NCBI GenBank assembly: GCA_037310415.1
Contig: CP147780.1
Span: 662,402 to 694,401, forward strand
Length of the DNA stretch: 32,000 nt
Source of the DNA: Candidatus Atabeyarchaeum deiterrae
GTDB taxonomy: Archaea; Asgardarchaeota; Atabeyarchaeia; Atabeyarchaeales; Atabeyarchaeaceae
Direction of reading: 5' to 3'
The translations under genes and the position numbers were made by a program. This document shows positions 15,793-24,551 of this stretch, one piece after another. The notes under the pieces are model-generated. The model did no database searches, was not told where the DNA came from, and saw nothing but the letters and a program-made list of their open reading frames with translations. Numbering within the stretch: the stretch's first letter is position 1; each line of letters opens with the position of its first letter.

Positions 15793-16239
15793 TCTTCGTT
15801 AGCCTCGTGAACTCACTAATATTGATATTACAGATGCAGAGTCTTAAAGCTCTCTAATTGCTTCTGAAACTGGGCGGAGTCCGAAGCAAAAAAGGAAATA
15901 GCCCCCTGCTTCAGTGAACGCATTCACTCATTCTATTGCTTTCCTTCCCAGAACTTCGGTATATATTCCTAGATCTGTTCTAAGAAATGGATTGACTGTC
16001 TTGTCGTGTTCCTGCTTCATATCCCTTATAAACTAAGCAATCTGGCTACGGGATTCCGTCGCCTTGGCCATGAGGTCTTCAATCAATTGCGGCCAGCGAC
16101 GTAGGCTTTGACTTCGAGGAATGCTTCTATTACTAAGCTTTTCTAACTATCCTTCAAGACCATATGACGGAGCACCCAATGTATGTTCTCATCGGGTGAT
16201 AGAGTGCACGCGGAGAGGTGAAAGGGTTTCTCAGAAGAA

Positions 16240-16353
16240 TTAGACAACTGATTTTTCCTCTTCTCCGAATATCTGATACGCGAGAATGAACACGACAGCC
16301 ACACCGATCAAAACCCACAGGATCGTGAGGAGCGTGTCAAAGGCTGCTGCCAC
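16240..16353 (-). CDS. Possible 37-aa single-TM micro-protein with a GTG start
   Basis: (V)AAAFDTLLTILWVLIGVAVVFILAYQIFGEEEKSVV has a hydrophobic helix and an acidic tail. GGAG lies about 11 nt upstream. It is below the ORF-track cutoff. Confidence 0.25.
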   Translation of the reverse strand: MAAAFDTLLTILWVLIGVAVVFILAYQIFGEEEKSVV

Positions 16354-16439
16354 TATTCATCATCTCCTGTTTGGCTCTCGACCTACGTGAAGTAAGAATG
16401 GGTATTTATTATTTCTCTCTTTTGTAGGGCTCTCCTGTT

Positions 16440-16769
16440 CTAGGGGTCCTGTCTCGCGACTCTTCGCAATCCCCTCATGAAGGTCAGATATCGGCTGTCA
16501 TCCAAGGGTTCCAACTCATATGTGTGCAACGCCTCAGCTATCGTCTTGGCTAAGAGATGGTAACAGCAAAGGAACTTTCTTCTTATAATCACGTTGAGGT
16601 AGAAGTCATCACAAGTGCAGTAAAAGTCATCTATTACAAAGTAATTCATTTTCTTACCTTTTACAGTCCAAGCTTCGCGCCCGCTTGGACCAAAAACATG
16701 CTTGATGACACTTCCTTCTATGGCAGCCCTGATTCCTTTCCAGAATCGTTCTCCGTATCTCGCGGACAT
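16440..16769 (-). CDS. Small stand-alone SWIM zinc-finger protein
   Basis: YCTCDDFYLNVIIRRKFLCCYHLLA fits the SWIM CxC-x(n)-CxH signature. It is 109 aa. Confidence 0.6.
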   Translation of the reverse strand: MSARYGERFWKGIRAAIEGSVIKHVFGPSGREAWTVKGKKMNYFVIDDFYCTCDDFYLNVIIRRKFLCCYHLLAKTIAEALHTYELEPLDDSRYLTFMRGLRRVARQDP

Positions 16770-16891
16770 ACCTCTTAGCTCACTGCCTGAAACCTGTCCA
16801 CTCTTCTTAATCTTGGCTAGACTTTGGTCGTCTCTAAGCAGACTGAATCCCCTCGCTTGCTAAAGATCGATGTCTCAAATATGATAGTATG

Positions 16892-17056
16892 TGGGCGAGG
16901 CCGGATTTGAACCGGCGACCTCAGGTTGCTATCGATCCATTGCGAGCAATCTCCTGCTCCCACTCTGCGGCAACATCCCATATGATGCATGTTGCTTAGG
17001 CAGGAATCATGGCCAGCCTAGGGATTCTCTTGAACTCCTATCTAGACTACCCGCCC
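16892..17056 (-). tRNA. tRNA-Pro(UGG) with three inferred introns and no encoded CCA
   Basis: On the minus strand the acceptor is GGGCGGG/CTCGCCC with discriminator A, and the T arm is GCCGG-TTCAAAT-CCGGC. The perfect anticodon stem CCTGC/GCAGG encloses 42 nt. The only 7-nt loop with U33 and a purine at position 37 is CT+TGGGA, which needs a 35-nt intron between positions 33 and 34; the anticodon is at 16960-16962. A 24-nt D-loop intron follows GTCTAG. A 31-nt intron sits between the anticodon stem and AGGTC of the variable loop. The bookkeeping is 165 = 75 + 90. Confidence 0.7.
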
Positions 17057-17174
17057 ATTCCTCTTTTGCCTTGGACAAGCACCTTCATTCTCAATCATTA
17101 ACCCTGTTTCTTCTTAATTCTCTTTTTATGCAGACATGGCACCTGAGAGACTGGCAGAGGCTGAATATAGGGTC

Positions 17175-17187
17175 TTTAAATATATAT
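17175..17187 (+). promoter_or_regulatory. TATA-like box upstream of tRNA-Thr
   Basis: TTTAAATATATAT is centred about 39 nt upstream of tRNA position 1. Confidence 0.4.
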
Positions 17188-17219
17188 GTAACTCTTTTAT
17201 CCCAAGAGAAGGAAAGATT

Positions 17220-17312
17220 GCCGCCGTAGCTCAGTCGGTCAGAGCGCCAGCCTTGTAATGCACCAGACATGACAGTTGGTGGTCGCGAGTTCGACTCTCG
17301 CCGGCGGCTCCA
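17220..17312 (+). tRNA. tRNA-Thr(UGU) with one canonical 37/38 intron and an encoded CCA
   Basis: The acceptor is GCCGCCG/CGGCGGC with discriminator T, followed by CCA. The D arm is GCTC-AGTCGGTCA-GAGC. The anticodon stem is CCAGC/GTTGG and the loop is CTTGTA|A. A 16-nt intron occupies 17258-17273. The T arm is GCGAG-TTCGACT-CTCGC. Confidence 0.9.
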
Positions 17313-17318
17313 AAATTA

Positions 17319-18542
17319 CTACTCCTGCTTGGTTCTCTTAACGGCTCGGTAAAGGGCTTCGAGCCCAGGTAGCTTCTGTCCAGCTAGCATTGCCATAGTA
17401 GCTCCCCCGCCGGTGCTAACGTAACCCATCGACTTATCGAGATTTTCTTCCTTGGCTAAGACAGCCAAATGTCCTCCTCCGATAACGGAGAAACCCTTTG
17501 ACTGTGCTATCGCCTCTAGGATCTCTTGCGTTCCCTTAGAAAAGTTTCTATTTTCAAAGACTCCGGCCGGTCCATTTGCAAGAATTGTCTTTGCCTTCGC
17601 TATTATGTCCACGTATTCCTTAATGGTGTTTTCTCCTATGTCCATCACAGTAGCATCCTTGGGCATTCTGTCAACTCGAACTTCAACTCGTTTTTGCTCG
17701 ATGGCTACGGCAACATCCTTGGGGAGCATTATTATATCCCTGTACTTCTCTAATAGGTCCTTAGCTTGTTTCTTGAGCGATTCGAAATCCTTCAGATTTC
17801 CCCTGCTGCTCTCGCCAAGGCTTACACCCGACGCTTCGAGAAAAACGATGGCCATAAGCCCTGCCAGGAGAACCTTGTCAACCTTTTTCCTCTCCAGTAT
17901 GCTGGATAGAATCTTGATCTTGTCTGACACCTTTGCTCCTCCCAGTACCACAACACTTGGTCTATCAGGTTCATAGAGCACTCTGTTGAGCGCCTTTAGT
18001 TCCCTTTCCATCGATCTACCCGCAGCAGAAGGTAGAACCTCAGGGAATCCGACCATTGAGGCTTGGGCACGGTGTGCCGCTGGATAAGCGTCATTCACAA
18101 ACAAATCAAAGAGAGGTGAGAGTCTCTTGACGAGATGAGTCTTGGCGAATAGCTCTGGTGTCCCTTCCATGATTTCTTCGGAGAGAAATCTGGCGTTGTC
18201 CAGCAGAAGTACATCGCCGTTCTTGAGTTTTTGAATGGCCTCTAGGGCTGTTGGTCCTATAATATCCTCGACGAATTTCAATCGATTTCCCAAATACTTC
18301 TTTAATGCTTGTGCATGAGATTTCATTGATGTAAAATCGGCTTCTCCGGGTCTACCTTGATGTGACAGAATGGCAACTCTGGCCTTTTCTAGATCTTTCA
18401 ACGTGTCGAGGATGGCTACTATCCTTGAATCGTCTAATATCTGATCCGTTCCGGGTTTCATTGGCGAATTTATGTCAACCCTTACGAGGACTTTTTTTGA
18501 ATCGACTTCCACGTCATCCAAAGTCAAGAATTTCAAACTCAT
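17319..18542 (-). CDS. pgk: Phosphoglycerate kinase
   Basis: It is 407 aa. VLVRVDINSP, ILSHQGRPG, GGAKVSDKI and VSTGGGA are canonical PGK motifs. Confidence 0.93.
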   Translation of the reverse strand: MSLKFLTLDDVEVDSKKVLVRVDINSPMKPGTDQILDDSRIVAILDTLKDLEKARVAILSHQGRPGEADFTSMKSHAQALKKYLGNRLKFVEDIIGPTALEAIQKLKNGDVLLLDNARFLSEEIMEGTPELFAKTHLVKRLSPLFDLFVNDAYPAAHRAQASMVGFPEVLPSAAGRSMERELKALNRVLYEPDRPSVVVLGGAKVSDKIKILSSILERKKVDKVLLAGLMAIVFLEASGVSLGESSRGNLKDFESLKKQAKDLLEKYRDIIMLPKDVAVAIEQKRVEVRVDRMPKDATVMDIGENTIKEYVDIIAKAKTILANGPAGVFENRNFSKGTQEILEAIAQSKGFSVIGGGHLAVLAKEENLDKSMGYVSTGGGATMAMLAGQKLPGLEALYRAVKRTKQE

Positions 18543-18645
18543 ACTGCTATCCCTCCTAGCTCTGATTTACAAATAGTCAGCTTAAAAGCTTTCTACTTTC
18601 TGTGGATTGAGGATCGTTGAGACAATTCGTGATGCGGATCCGCAT

Positions 18646-19212
18646 TCAAGAGTTTTGGTCAGCAAGTTGCCAGTTGGAAGAGAGCTGAAGTTGGTGCTTA
18701 ACTTCTTCGATCGTTTTTCTCATGTTTTCCCAATGCCCACCGACCCAGTAAATCTTGCCACAGTTCTTGCAGACCCAAAACTCTTTGTTTTCTTCTATAA
18801 CCTTTGATGGAATCTTACCAACAATCTTGCTCTTGTCGGTGGCCCCTTCTATTTCTCCATTGCAGAGCGGGCACCTGGACAATGTTGGATCAAGATTCAT
18901 TTCAAGTTCGTAAACCGTGACCAAATGCGCAAGTCGTTTAACAAGGGTGTCGGGTCTAAGAAGAAGTGAGACAATGCCCTTCTTCAGAGCTTTCTTATGG
19001 AGACTCTGGTCACATGTTAGCAACACTCGATTCTCGCTCCTTGACTGCTCAATTAGGTCCTCGTCATCAAGATCTTTTGAATAGTGAGTATCATAGCCCA
19101 GAAGACGGAGCCAACGTGCCAAGTCACCCAACATTTGATCAACAAGAAAGCTGGGAGCGACCCGTTTTTCCATGTCAAAACGCCTTGTTAATAGCTTGAC
19201 TCCGTTTTTCAC
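18646..19212 (-). CDS. Mut7-C/DUF82 PIN-like nuclease-domain protein with a C-terminal zinc ribbon
   Basis: FLVDQMLGDLARWLRLLGYDT...RVLLTCD is the Mut7-C motif. CPLCNG...CKNCGKIYWVGGHW is the zinc ribbon. The gene overlaps the upstream gene by 4 nt. Confidence 0.75.
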   Translation of the reverse strand: MKNGVKLLTRRFDMEKRVAPSFLVDQMLGDLARWLRLLGYDTHYSKDLDDEDLIEQSRSENRVLLTCDQSLHKKALKKGIVSLLLRPDTLVKRLAHLVTVYELEMNLDPTLSRCPLCNGEIEGATDKSKIVGKIPSKVIEENKEFWVCKNCGKIYWVGGHWENMRKTIEEVKHQLQLSSNWQLADQNS

Positions 19213-20558
19213 GGCGCTAAAGGTACTGCAACGTGCTTTACTATTCTCCCGCTTCCAGGTTTACCAATGATTTCGCCATCTTGCATTACTGGAATTCCAT
19301 TTACGATGGTTAAAACTGGAATTCCTTTTACCAGTCGCCCCTCGAAAGGCGTGTACTTCGCCTTAGAGTGAAATGACTGCGCGTCTATCGTTTTCTCCTT
19401 TGCCAGGTCTACCAGTGTGAGATCTGCGTTATAGCCTTCTGAGATCTTCCCTATATTCTTCAAGTTGAAGGATCTTGAGGGGTTCTCTGACATTGTCTGA
19501 ACAATTCTCTTCAGAGTTATTCTTCCTTTTGTCATCTCTGTAAGGATAAGTGAAAGCATCGTTTCAAGACCAGGGATTCCAGACGGCGCATCGGCGAATC
19601 CTTCGTCTTTTTCTACGTTTGCATGTGGGGCGTGATCGCTCGCAATTATGTCGATGGCTCCACTCGTAAGTCCTCGCATCAGACTATCGCAGTCCCTCTT
19701 TGTTCTGAGCGGTGGAACCATTTTTGCATACGACCCGAAGTGATAAAGCTCTTCATCCGATAGAAGAAGATGATGGGGTGTTACTTCAGTGGTCAATGGG
19801 ACTTGTCTGCCTTTTTCACCGTTTATTATATTGAGCGCCATTTCCGTACTCAGATGACAAATGTGAATGTGAACGCTGGACTCTCTAGCCGCCTTAGCGC
19901 ACATCGACACAGCGTCGACTTCAAGCTGTGGGGCATGTGATGAGACGAAATGCCGTATTTCGCCGTCGAGGTTGCTTGGTTCTCTTTTCTCTCTCTGCTC
20001 GTGTTGGAACTCGGCATGTATTGCCACTAGACAGTCGCTGGATTTCATTAATCTCAGTGATCTTGTTAGCATCGGCTCCTTTCTGAAGGAATCATACTGT
20101 GGATCATTCAGGTAGAGTTTGAACCCTACGGCTCCCTCCTCCATTATTTTACTTGCTTCATTTGGTTCCAGCGGGAACGCTCCAAAGAAGCCCACGTTGG
20201 AGTATATCATGTTGGAGGCCTTGCTAATTTTTTCCCTCAGCCTTTCCGCATTTGTTGTTGGCGGAAATGTATTAGGCATATCTAGTACCGTTGTAACGCC
20301 GCCGATCACGGCTGCCTCCGTACCAGATGAGAAATCCTCTTTGTAGGAGAGATTCATGTCTCTGAGATGAACGTGAACATCGACCACTCCTGGAAGCATC
20401 AGCATCTTTCGGGAGTCTATTGTTGTGTCCGATGGGGGAAGGTTAGGGTCCTTGGCTATTCGCACTATCTTTCCTTTGTCGACGGCAACGCCTGCTTCGA
20501 CTATGCCATTCTCAAGGAAGATCTTTGAATTTACAATCTTCAATTCGACTCTTCTCAT
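19209..20558 (-). CDS. Dihydroorotase-like cyclic amidohydrolase (dihydroorotase/allantoinase/dihydropyrimidinase family)
   Basis: PGVVDVHVHLRD is the HxH metal-binding motif. There is an N-terminal composite beta-domain. IASDHAPH carries the catalytic Asp. The protein is 449 aa. Confidence 0.8.
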   Translation of the reverse strand: MRRVELKIVNSKIFLENGIVEAGVAVDKGKIVRIAKDPNLPPSDTTIDSRKMLMLPGVVDVHVHLRDMNLSYKEDFSSGTEAAVIGGVTTVLDMPNTFPPTTNAERLREKISKASNMIYSNVGFFGAFPLEPNEASKIMEEGAVGFKLYLNDPQYDSFRKEPMLTRSLRLMKSSDCLVAIHAEFQHEQREKREPSNLDGEIRHFVSSHAPQLEVDAVSMCAKAARESSVHIHICHLSTEMALNIINGEKGRQVPLTTEVTPHHLLLSDEELYHFGSYAKMVPPLRTKRDCDSLMRGLTSGAIDIIASDHAPHANVEKDEGFADAPSGIPGLETMLSLILTEMTKGRITLKRIVQTMSENPSRSFNLKNIGKISEGYNADLTLVDLAKEKTIDAQSFHSKAKYTPFEGRLVKGIPVLTIVNGIPVMQDGEIIGKPGSGRIVKHVAVPLAP

Positions 20559-20592
20559 GTGAGGCCTTCCGCGAAGAACGAGTTCAGTATGA

Positions 20593-21396
20593 CTAGACTT
20601 CTAATCTATTGGAGACCAACTGAGTCAGATTTGTTTTTGTGATTACGCCTACCAGTCTATTGTTATAGTCCAAGACTGGTAATCCCTTTAATCGTTCCTC
20701 AATCATCAGCTTGGCTGCGTCTTTGATCTTTGAATCGGGTTTGCAGAACGGGGGAGTTGACCTCATTGCGCTACTCACAGTACCCTGCCGGATTTGTCTG
20801 TCTACGTGTTTTCCGTCAGTCTTGTCCACTATATTGAACATGGCTAAAGCTATTAATCCATCCGTAATCAACCCGACCAACTTTCCTCCATCGATTACTG
20901 GGAGTAGGTTCAGATTCTTCTCGAGAAGAAGTCTCCCAACATTCACTAGCCGCGTATTTGGAGATGTTGTTGTTGGATTCTTTGTCATGACTTGGCCTAC
21001 ATAGATGTTATCGACCTTAAGACATAGTTTCAGCATTCTCGTCTTGGTTATGATCCCCACGAACCGGTCTTCTTTTGTTATGACAGGTAAGCAGCTTACA
21101 TTATGGGCCACCATTTCCTTGGCTGCCTCTGTAACGTCTGCTTCCTGTGATATTGTCATCGGATTGGAGGTCATTATGCTTGAGACTCGGATGCTGGATG
21201 ATGAGAGTCCAGTTGCCCTTCCGGAAGATAGTTTTGCCACTATATCTCTTTCGGTAATAATGCCAACTAAGACACCCTTGTCCAAGACTGGGAGACGAGA
21301 TATTCTGTTTTTTCTCATCAAGTCTATGGCAAATGAGACCGACTGGTCCTTATCGATCACTATAGGGTTCTGAATCATCAACTTTTTGACTAACAT
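20593..21396 (-). CDS. CBS-domain protein with four tandem CBS domains
   Basis: The CBS pattern is repeated four times: V..IM..NP..I......V.EA...M....IS.LPV.D....VGIIT..D. Confidence 0.85.
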   Translation of the reverse strand: MLVKKLMIQNPIVIDKDQSVSFAIDLMRKNRISRLPVLDKGVLVGIITERDIVAKLSSGRATGLSSSSIRVSSIMTSNPMTISQEADVTEAAKEMVAHNVSCLPVITKEDRFVGIITKTRMLKLCLKVDNIYVGQVMTKNPTTTSPNTRLVNVGRLLLEKNLNLLPVIDGGKLVGLITDGLIALAMFNIVDKTDGKHVDRQIRQGTVSSAMRSTPPFCKPDSKIKDAAKLMIEERLKGLPVLDYNNRLVGVITKTNLTQLVSNRLEV

Positions 21397-21536
21397 CTTG
21401 TGTCTCCCTCCTCCTCATCGATGAGTTCATTATTCCCTCAAGTAGATTGATATCGGTTTTCTTATTTAAGACTGACATATGACAAGAGATTGCCCGGTCC
21501 TGTGAGTTCCGCTTGGTTGACAGATTAATGGATTGG

Positions 21537-23534
21537 TTAGTTTGTTATGCGAGATCCTCCAGAAGGCAATAATAGGAGGAACTCATCCAATGGAATTTTC
21601 TGAAGTCGTTGCCTTGCTTCTGGTTCAACTAGTCTAAGTAGTCTTTCTTTAATATCATGAGCCAGCTTCGACCTAGATTCCTCCCCCGGTGTCAATTCGA
21701 TCTTGACGTTAGCCCTCTTAGCTACGGAAGATGGAGGGCCTGCTACTACTACAGCATACCCATCTTCATCGATTACACCTATTGAAATCTTTAGCTGTAT
21801 CCCCTTCGCATAGGTTCGCTCTCCTCTGACCATGAATGAACCCTTTTCTAAGTACTCTCCTGAAGGAGGGGAGAGAGAGACTTGTTCACCCTTAACCCAA
21901 TATGCCTCGCCTGCCACAGTCCCAAGTTTCCACAGCTTGCTATATGAGACCGAGAATTGGCAGGCTTCGGCAAGGGTAGTCTCTGGAACGTCCTTTCCCT
22001 CAGATTTGACAATGACAACGGGTGCGCCATGAACATCAGCGTGCACAAATATGTCGTTAGGTTCCATCCTTTTCTTAACGATAATTTCATTGGTCTTTGC
22101 ATCACGTCCTCCTATTATCAAGAAGTCGTCTGAGGACACAAACCACCTGTATCGTTCATACCAATTCTTGGCGCGTTTCTTTCTGAGAGTTTCTTCAGTG
22201 ACCGATGCCTCTTGTCTCTGTTGTTGCTTTAACTTCATCTGGGCATTCTGTAGCGCTACCTCAGCACCCTTCCTCTTGGATCCCGCTTTTTTTGCGGTCT
22301 CGTAGAACCTTGAAGCGTTTTCCGTGGCGGGCAGACGTATGTCGAGGGTGATCCTCTCGCTATTGAGTTCTAATGTCAGGGTTCCTTCCTTTTCATTAAG
22401 AGAGTCAATACTGTTTAATGATCCGCTCCCTTCTTCTCTTGCTTTTCTGACCCTTTCTTTTATTTCTTGCCACGCTATTCCCTTTCTTCTATCTGTTGTT
22501 ATTGTATAGAGTATTTCTTCGACGAGTCGTAAGTTTGAATAGACTAGGTCACCAAGCCTCCTGCTTTTCTTCTCGAGCTCCTCAGATTCCAAGATCTTCT
22601 TTTTCTGTTCATTAATGGTAATCTCAATTTCTCCGATTTCTTTGGTGTATTCGCTTGTGCTCAGATCTTTTCCAGCAGCGACTTCGACTGTGCTAAAGAA
22701 TTCGTCTAGCGCATCGTTGTAGGTTTCGGTTTTCTTAATTGGCAAGCCCTCAAATACCTTCAACTGGAATGGAGCCGTTGACAGAGGTCTGCCTTGCTGG
22801 TCGAACACTATTTGGTGATCATATGGACCCTTTGCAAGCTTGCTTACCATAAGCCTTATCGCTTCAAGTACTTTTGTTGTTTCTCCTCTGGTGAGCTGCC
22901 TAGATTTTAGGCCTTTTTCTATGCTTGCCAATGCGCACATCTCTTCAGCATAAATCGGATCCATGTTGAGTTTGCTTGCTAGCGTCTCAGCAAGACCACC
23001 AGATGAGGAACTAAGTATTGATGCTATCTCATCCTCGGTTAGATTCATCAAGTCGGTTCCTCTAAGTGGTGGCGGGGCGAATTGCTCCTTCGGCTTGATA
23101 GATCGATCTTTCATTATTCTGTAGTGCCTTGCCTGAACTATTCTATTCTCTTGGTCACAGAGAATCAGGTTGCCTTCACCAAACAATTCGACTACGAGTG
23201 TGAATTTCTCCGAGTGAAGACTGATCGTTATTATTACGATCCTGTCAAGATCATGTTGGGCAAGATTCTCGATGTGAGCGTTTCTGATATGCTTTCTGAG
23301 CGCGGCACAGAAGTTGGTTGGGGTTTTTGGCATGACCTTCTCATATTGAGTCAAATGTACTCTGCGTCCCGGTTCGACTAAGAGTGTCTTCTCCCCTGAT
23401 CTGGTATTTAGTTTAAATAGGAAAACCTCTTTAATCTGGTAGATGTTGCTGATCCATCCATCTGTAACAAATTGGTTTATTTCGTTTAGCAAAACAGCTA
23501 TATCGAAGTTAGACATAGAACGCTTTGATCTCAT
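21537..23534 (-). CDS. NFACT-family protein (FbpA/Tae2/NEMF/RqcH homologue, ribosome quality control). The likely start is the ATG at 23516.
   Basis: The N-terminal NFACT-N domain reads MSNFDIAVLLNEIN...ISNIYQ. There is a long coiled-coil middle region. The C-terminal DUF814/NFACT-R domain carries DIFVHADVHGAPVVIVK. Confidence 0.85.
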   Translation of the reverse strand: MRSKRSMSNFDIAVLLNEINQFVTDGWISNIYQIKEVFLFKLNTRSGEKTLLVEPGRRVHLTQYEKVMPKTPTNFCAALRKHIRNAHIENLAQHDLDRIVIITISLHSEKFTLVVELFGEGNLILCDQENRIVQARHYRIMKDRSIKPKEQFAPPPLRGTDLMNLTEDEIASILSSSSGGLAETLASKLNMDPIYAEEMCALASIEKGLKSRQLTRGETTKVLEAIRLMVSKLAKGPYDHQIVFDQQGRPLSTAPFQLKVFEGLPIKKTETYNDALDEFFSTVEVAAGKDLSTSEYTKEIGEIEITINEQKKKILESEELEKKSRRLGDLVYSNLRLVEEILYTITTDRRKGIAWQEIKERVRKAREEGSGSLNSIDSLNEKEGTLTLELNSERITLDIRLPATENASRFYETAKKAGSKRKGAEVALQNAQMKLKQQQRQEASVTEETLRKKRAKNWYERYRWFVSSDDFLIIGGRDAKTNEIIVKKRMEPNDIFVHADVHGAPVVIVKSEGKDVPETTLAEACQFSVSYSKLWKLGTVAGEAYWVKGEQVSLSPPSGEYLEKGSFMVRGERTYAKGIQLKISIGVIDEDGYAVVVAGPPSSVAKRANVKIELTPGEESRSKLAHDIKERLLRLVEPEARQRLQKIPLDEFLLLLPSGGSRITN

Positions 23535-23537
23535 ATT

Positions 23538-23849
23538 GTGACTATACTCCTTCAGGAGAGCATTCTTGACATGAACAATGAAGACAAGCTTTACTGGTTG
23601 AAAGCAATATTCGCGCTGATTGCAGCCCTAGTTTGCTCGTCGACCCCTATTCTTCTGGGTAAATGGGGTATTATCGCGAGTCTGTTGATATACTTAGCTA
23701 CGTACCCCGTTGGCGTCTACGTGTTGAAGGTTGAACCATCAAAAGTGGGGGGATGGAAAAGAATGCTATACTCTGGATTGATTACTTATCTCTTCATTTT
23801 CACGGCAATATGGGGCACCGTATTTACTTTGATGTACCCTTGGAGCTAA
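23538..23849 (+). CDS. Small membrane protein with 3 predicted TM helices. The likely start is the ATG at 23571.
   Basis: Three hydrophobic helices are visible, and I recognise no family. It is divergent from the NFACT gene with a spacer of 55 nt or less. Confidence 0.5.
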   Translation: MTILLQESILDMNNEDKLYWLKAIFALIAALVCSSTPILLGKWGIIASLLIYLATYPVGVYVLKVEPSKVGGWKRMLYSGLITYLFIFTAIWGTVFTLMYPWS

Positions 23850-23968
23850 ACGAAACGTTGTGAAACTTCGATTCCTGCAATCGATCACGAAAAACTTAAT
23901 AGTCTAAATAACAAAATGAGTTATCTGTTGTTATTTTCCCAAAACAAGAGGGCGAAGGGTGAAGAAGA

Positions 23969-24523
23969 GTGGAATTGGACGAGTTAGACAAAAAGATTAT
24001 AGCAATACTTCAAGAAGATTCCCGTGTTCCGTTCACAAAGATCTCAGATATCCTCAAGGTTCCTGATACTACAGTCCACTTTAGGGTAAGGAAGCTAAGA
24101 GAAAACAATGTTATCAAGGCCTTTACCGTTCTGATACCTTCCTCAAGTCTAGGTTACGAAACCTTTGCTCTTGTTCGGATCAGCGTTGGAGGGCACATAA
24201 TTCCCAGCATAAGCATAAAGCGAGCTGAGGAGATAACTAGTTCGCTGCGCAGCAACTCCAATATACGTATGCTGGCTTCTGGCGAGGGCGGGACGTCAAT
24301 CTATGCACTAGTTGTTGCCCGAAACAATTTTGAGCTCGATAGAATTCTCTCAAGACTTCGAAGTGACCCTGATGTACTCGATCTGAACGTGTGGAGGATA
24401 TCAAAGCTGATCAAAGGAGAAGAGCTAGTAAGCCCTCCAACTGAGGGTTTCAAAGAGGTTCTTGATAGAAGCTCTGCAGTAGGCGAAACAAAGGCTCAAG
24501 AAGAGGTTGTTAAAGCGGTATAA
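23969..24523 (+). CDS. Lrp/AsnC-family transcriptional regulator
   Basis: LDELDKKIIAILQEDSRVPFTKISDILKVPDTTVHFRVRKLRENNVIK is the typical Lrp/AsnC HTH, followed by a RAM-like domain. Confidence 0.8.
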   Translation: MELDELDKKIIAILQEDSRVPFTKISDILKVPDTTVHFRVRKLRENNVIKAFTVLIPSSSLGYETFALVRISVGGHIIPSISIKRAEEITSSLRSNSNIRMLASGEGGTSIYALVVARNNFELDRILSRLRSDPDVLDLNVWRISKLIKGEELVSPPTEGFKEVLDRSSAVGETKAQEEVVKAV

Positions 24524-24551
24524 GGAACAATAGTGACTGAGAGGAAGGAGA

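Noticed and set aside
15960-16060. A 30-aa minus-strand ORF (MKQEHDKTVNPFLRTDLGIYTEVLGRKAIE) next to a TTTATAAG box
   Set aside because: The TATA-like box is only about 10 nt from the ATG, which is too close for either leaderless or SD-led initiation. No Shine-Dalgarno site is present and I recognise no motif.
16891-17229. A 112-aa plus-strand ORF
   Set aside because: It is antisense to the three-intron tRNA-Pro and continues through the spacer to the edge of tRNA-Thr.
17452-18559. Plus-strand ORFs at 17452..17976, 17526..17753 and 18362..18559
   Set aside because: They are antisense to phosphoglycerate kinase.
20119-23381. Various plus-strand ORFs of 61-122 aa, plus 21848..22105(-)
   Set aside because: All are nested in or antisense to the dihydroorotase-like, CBS or NFACT genes.
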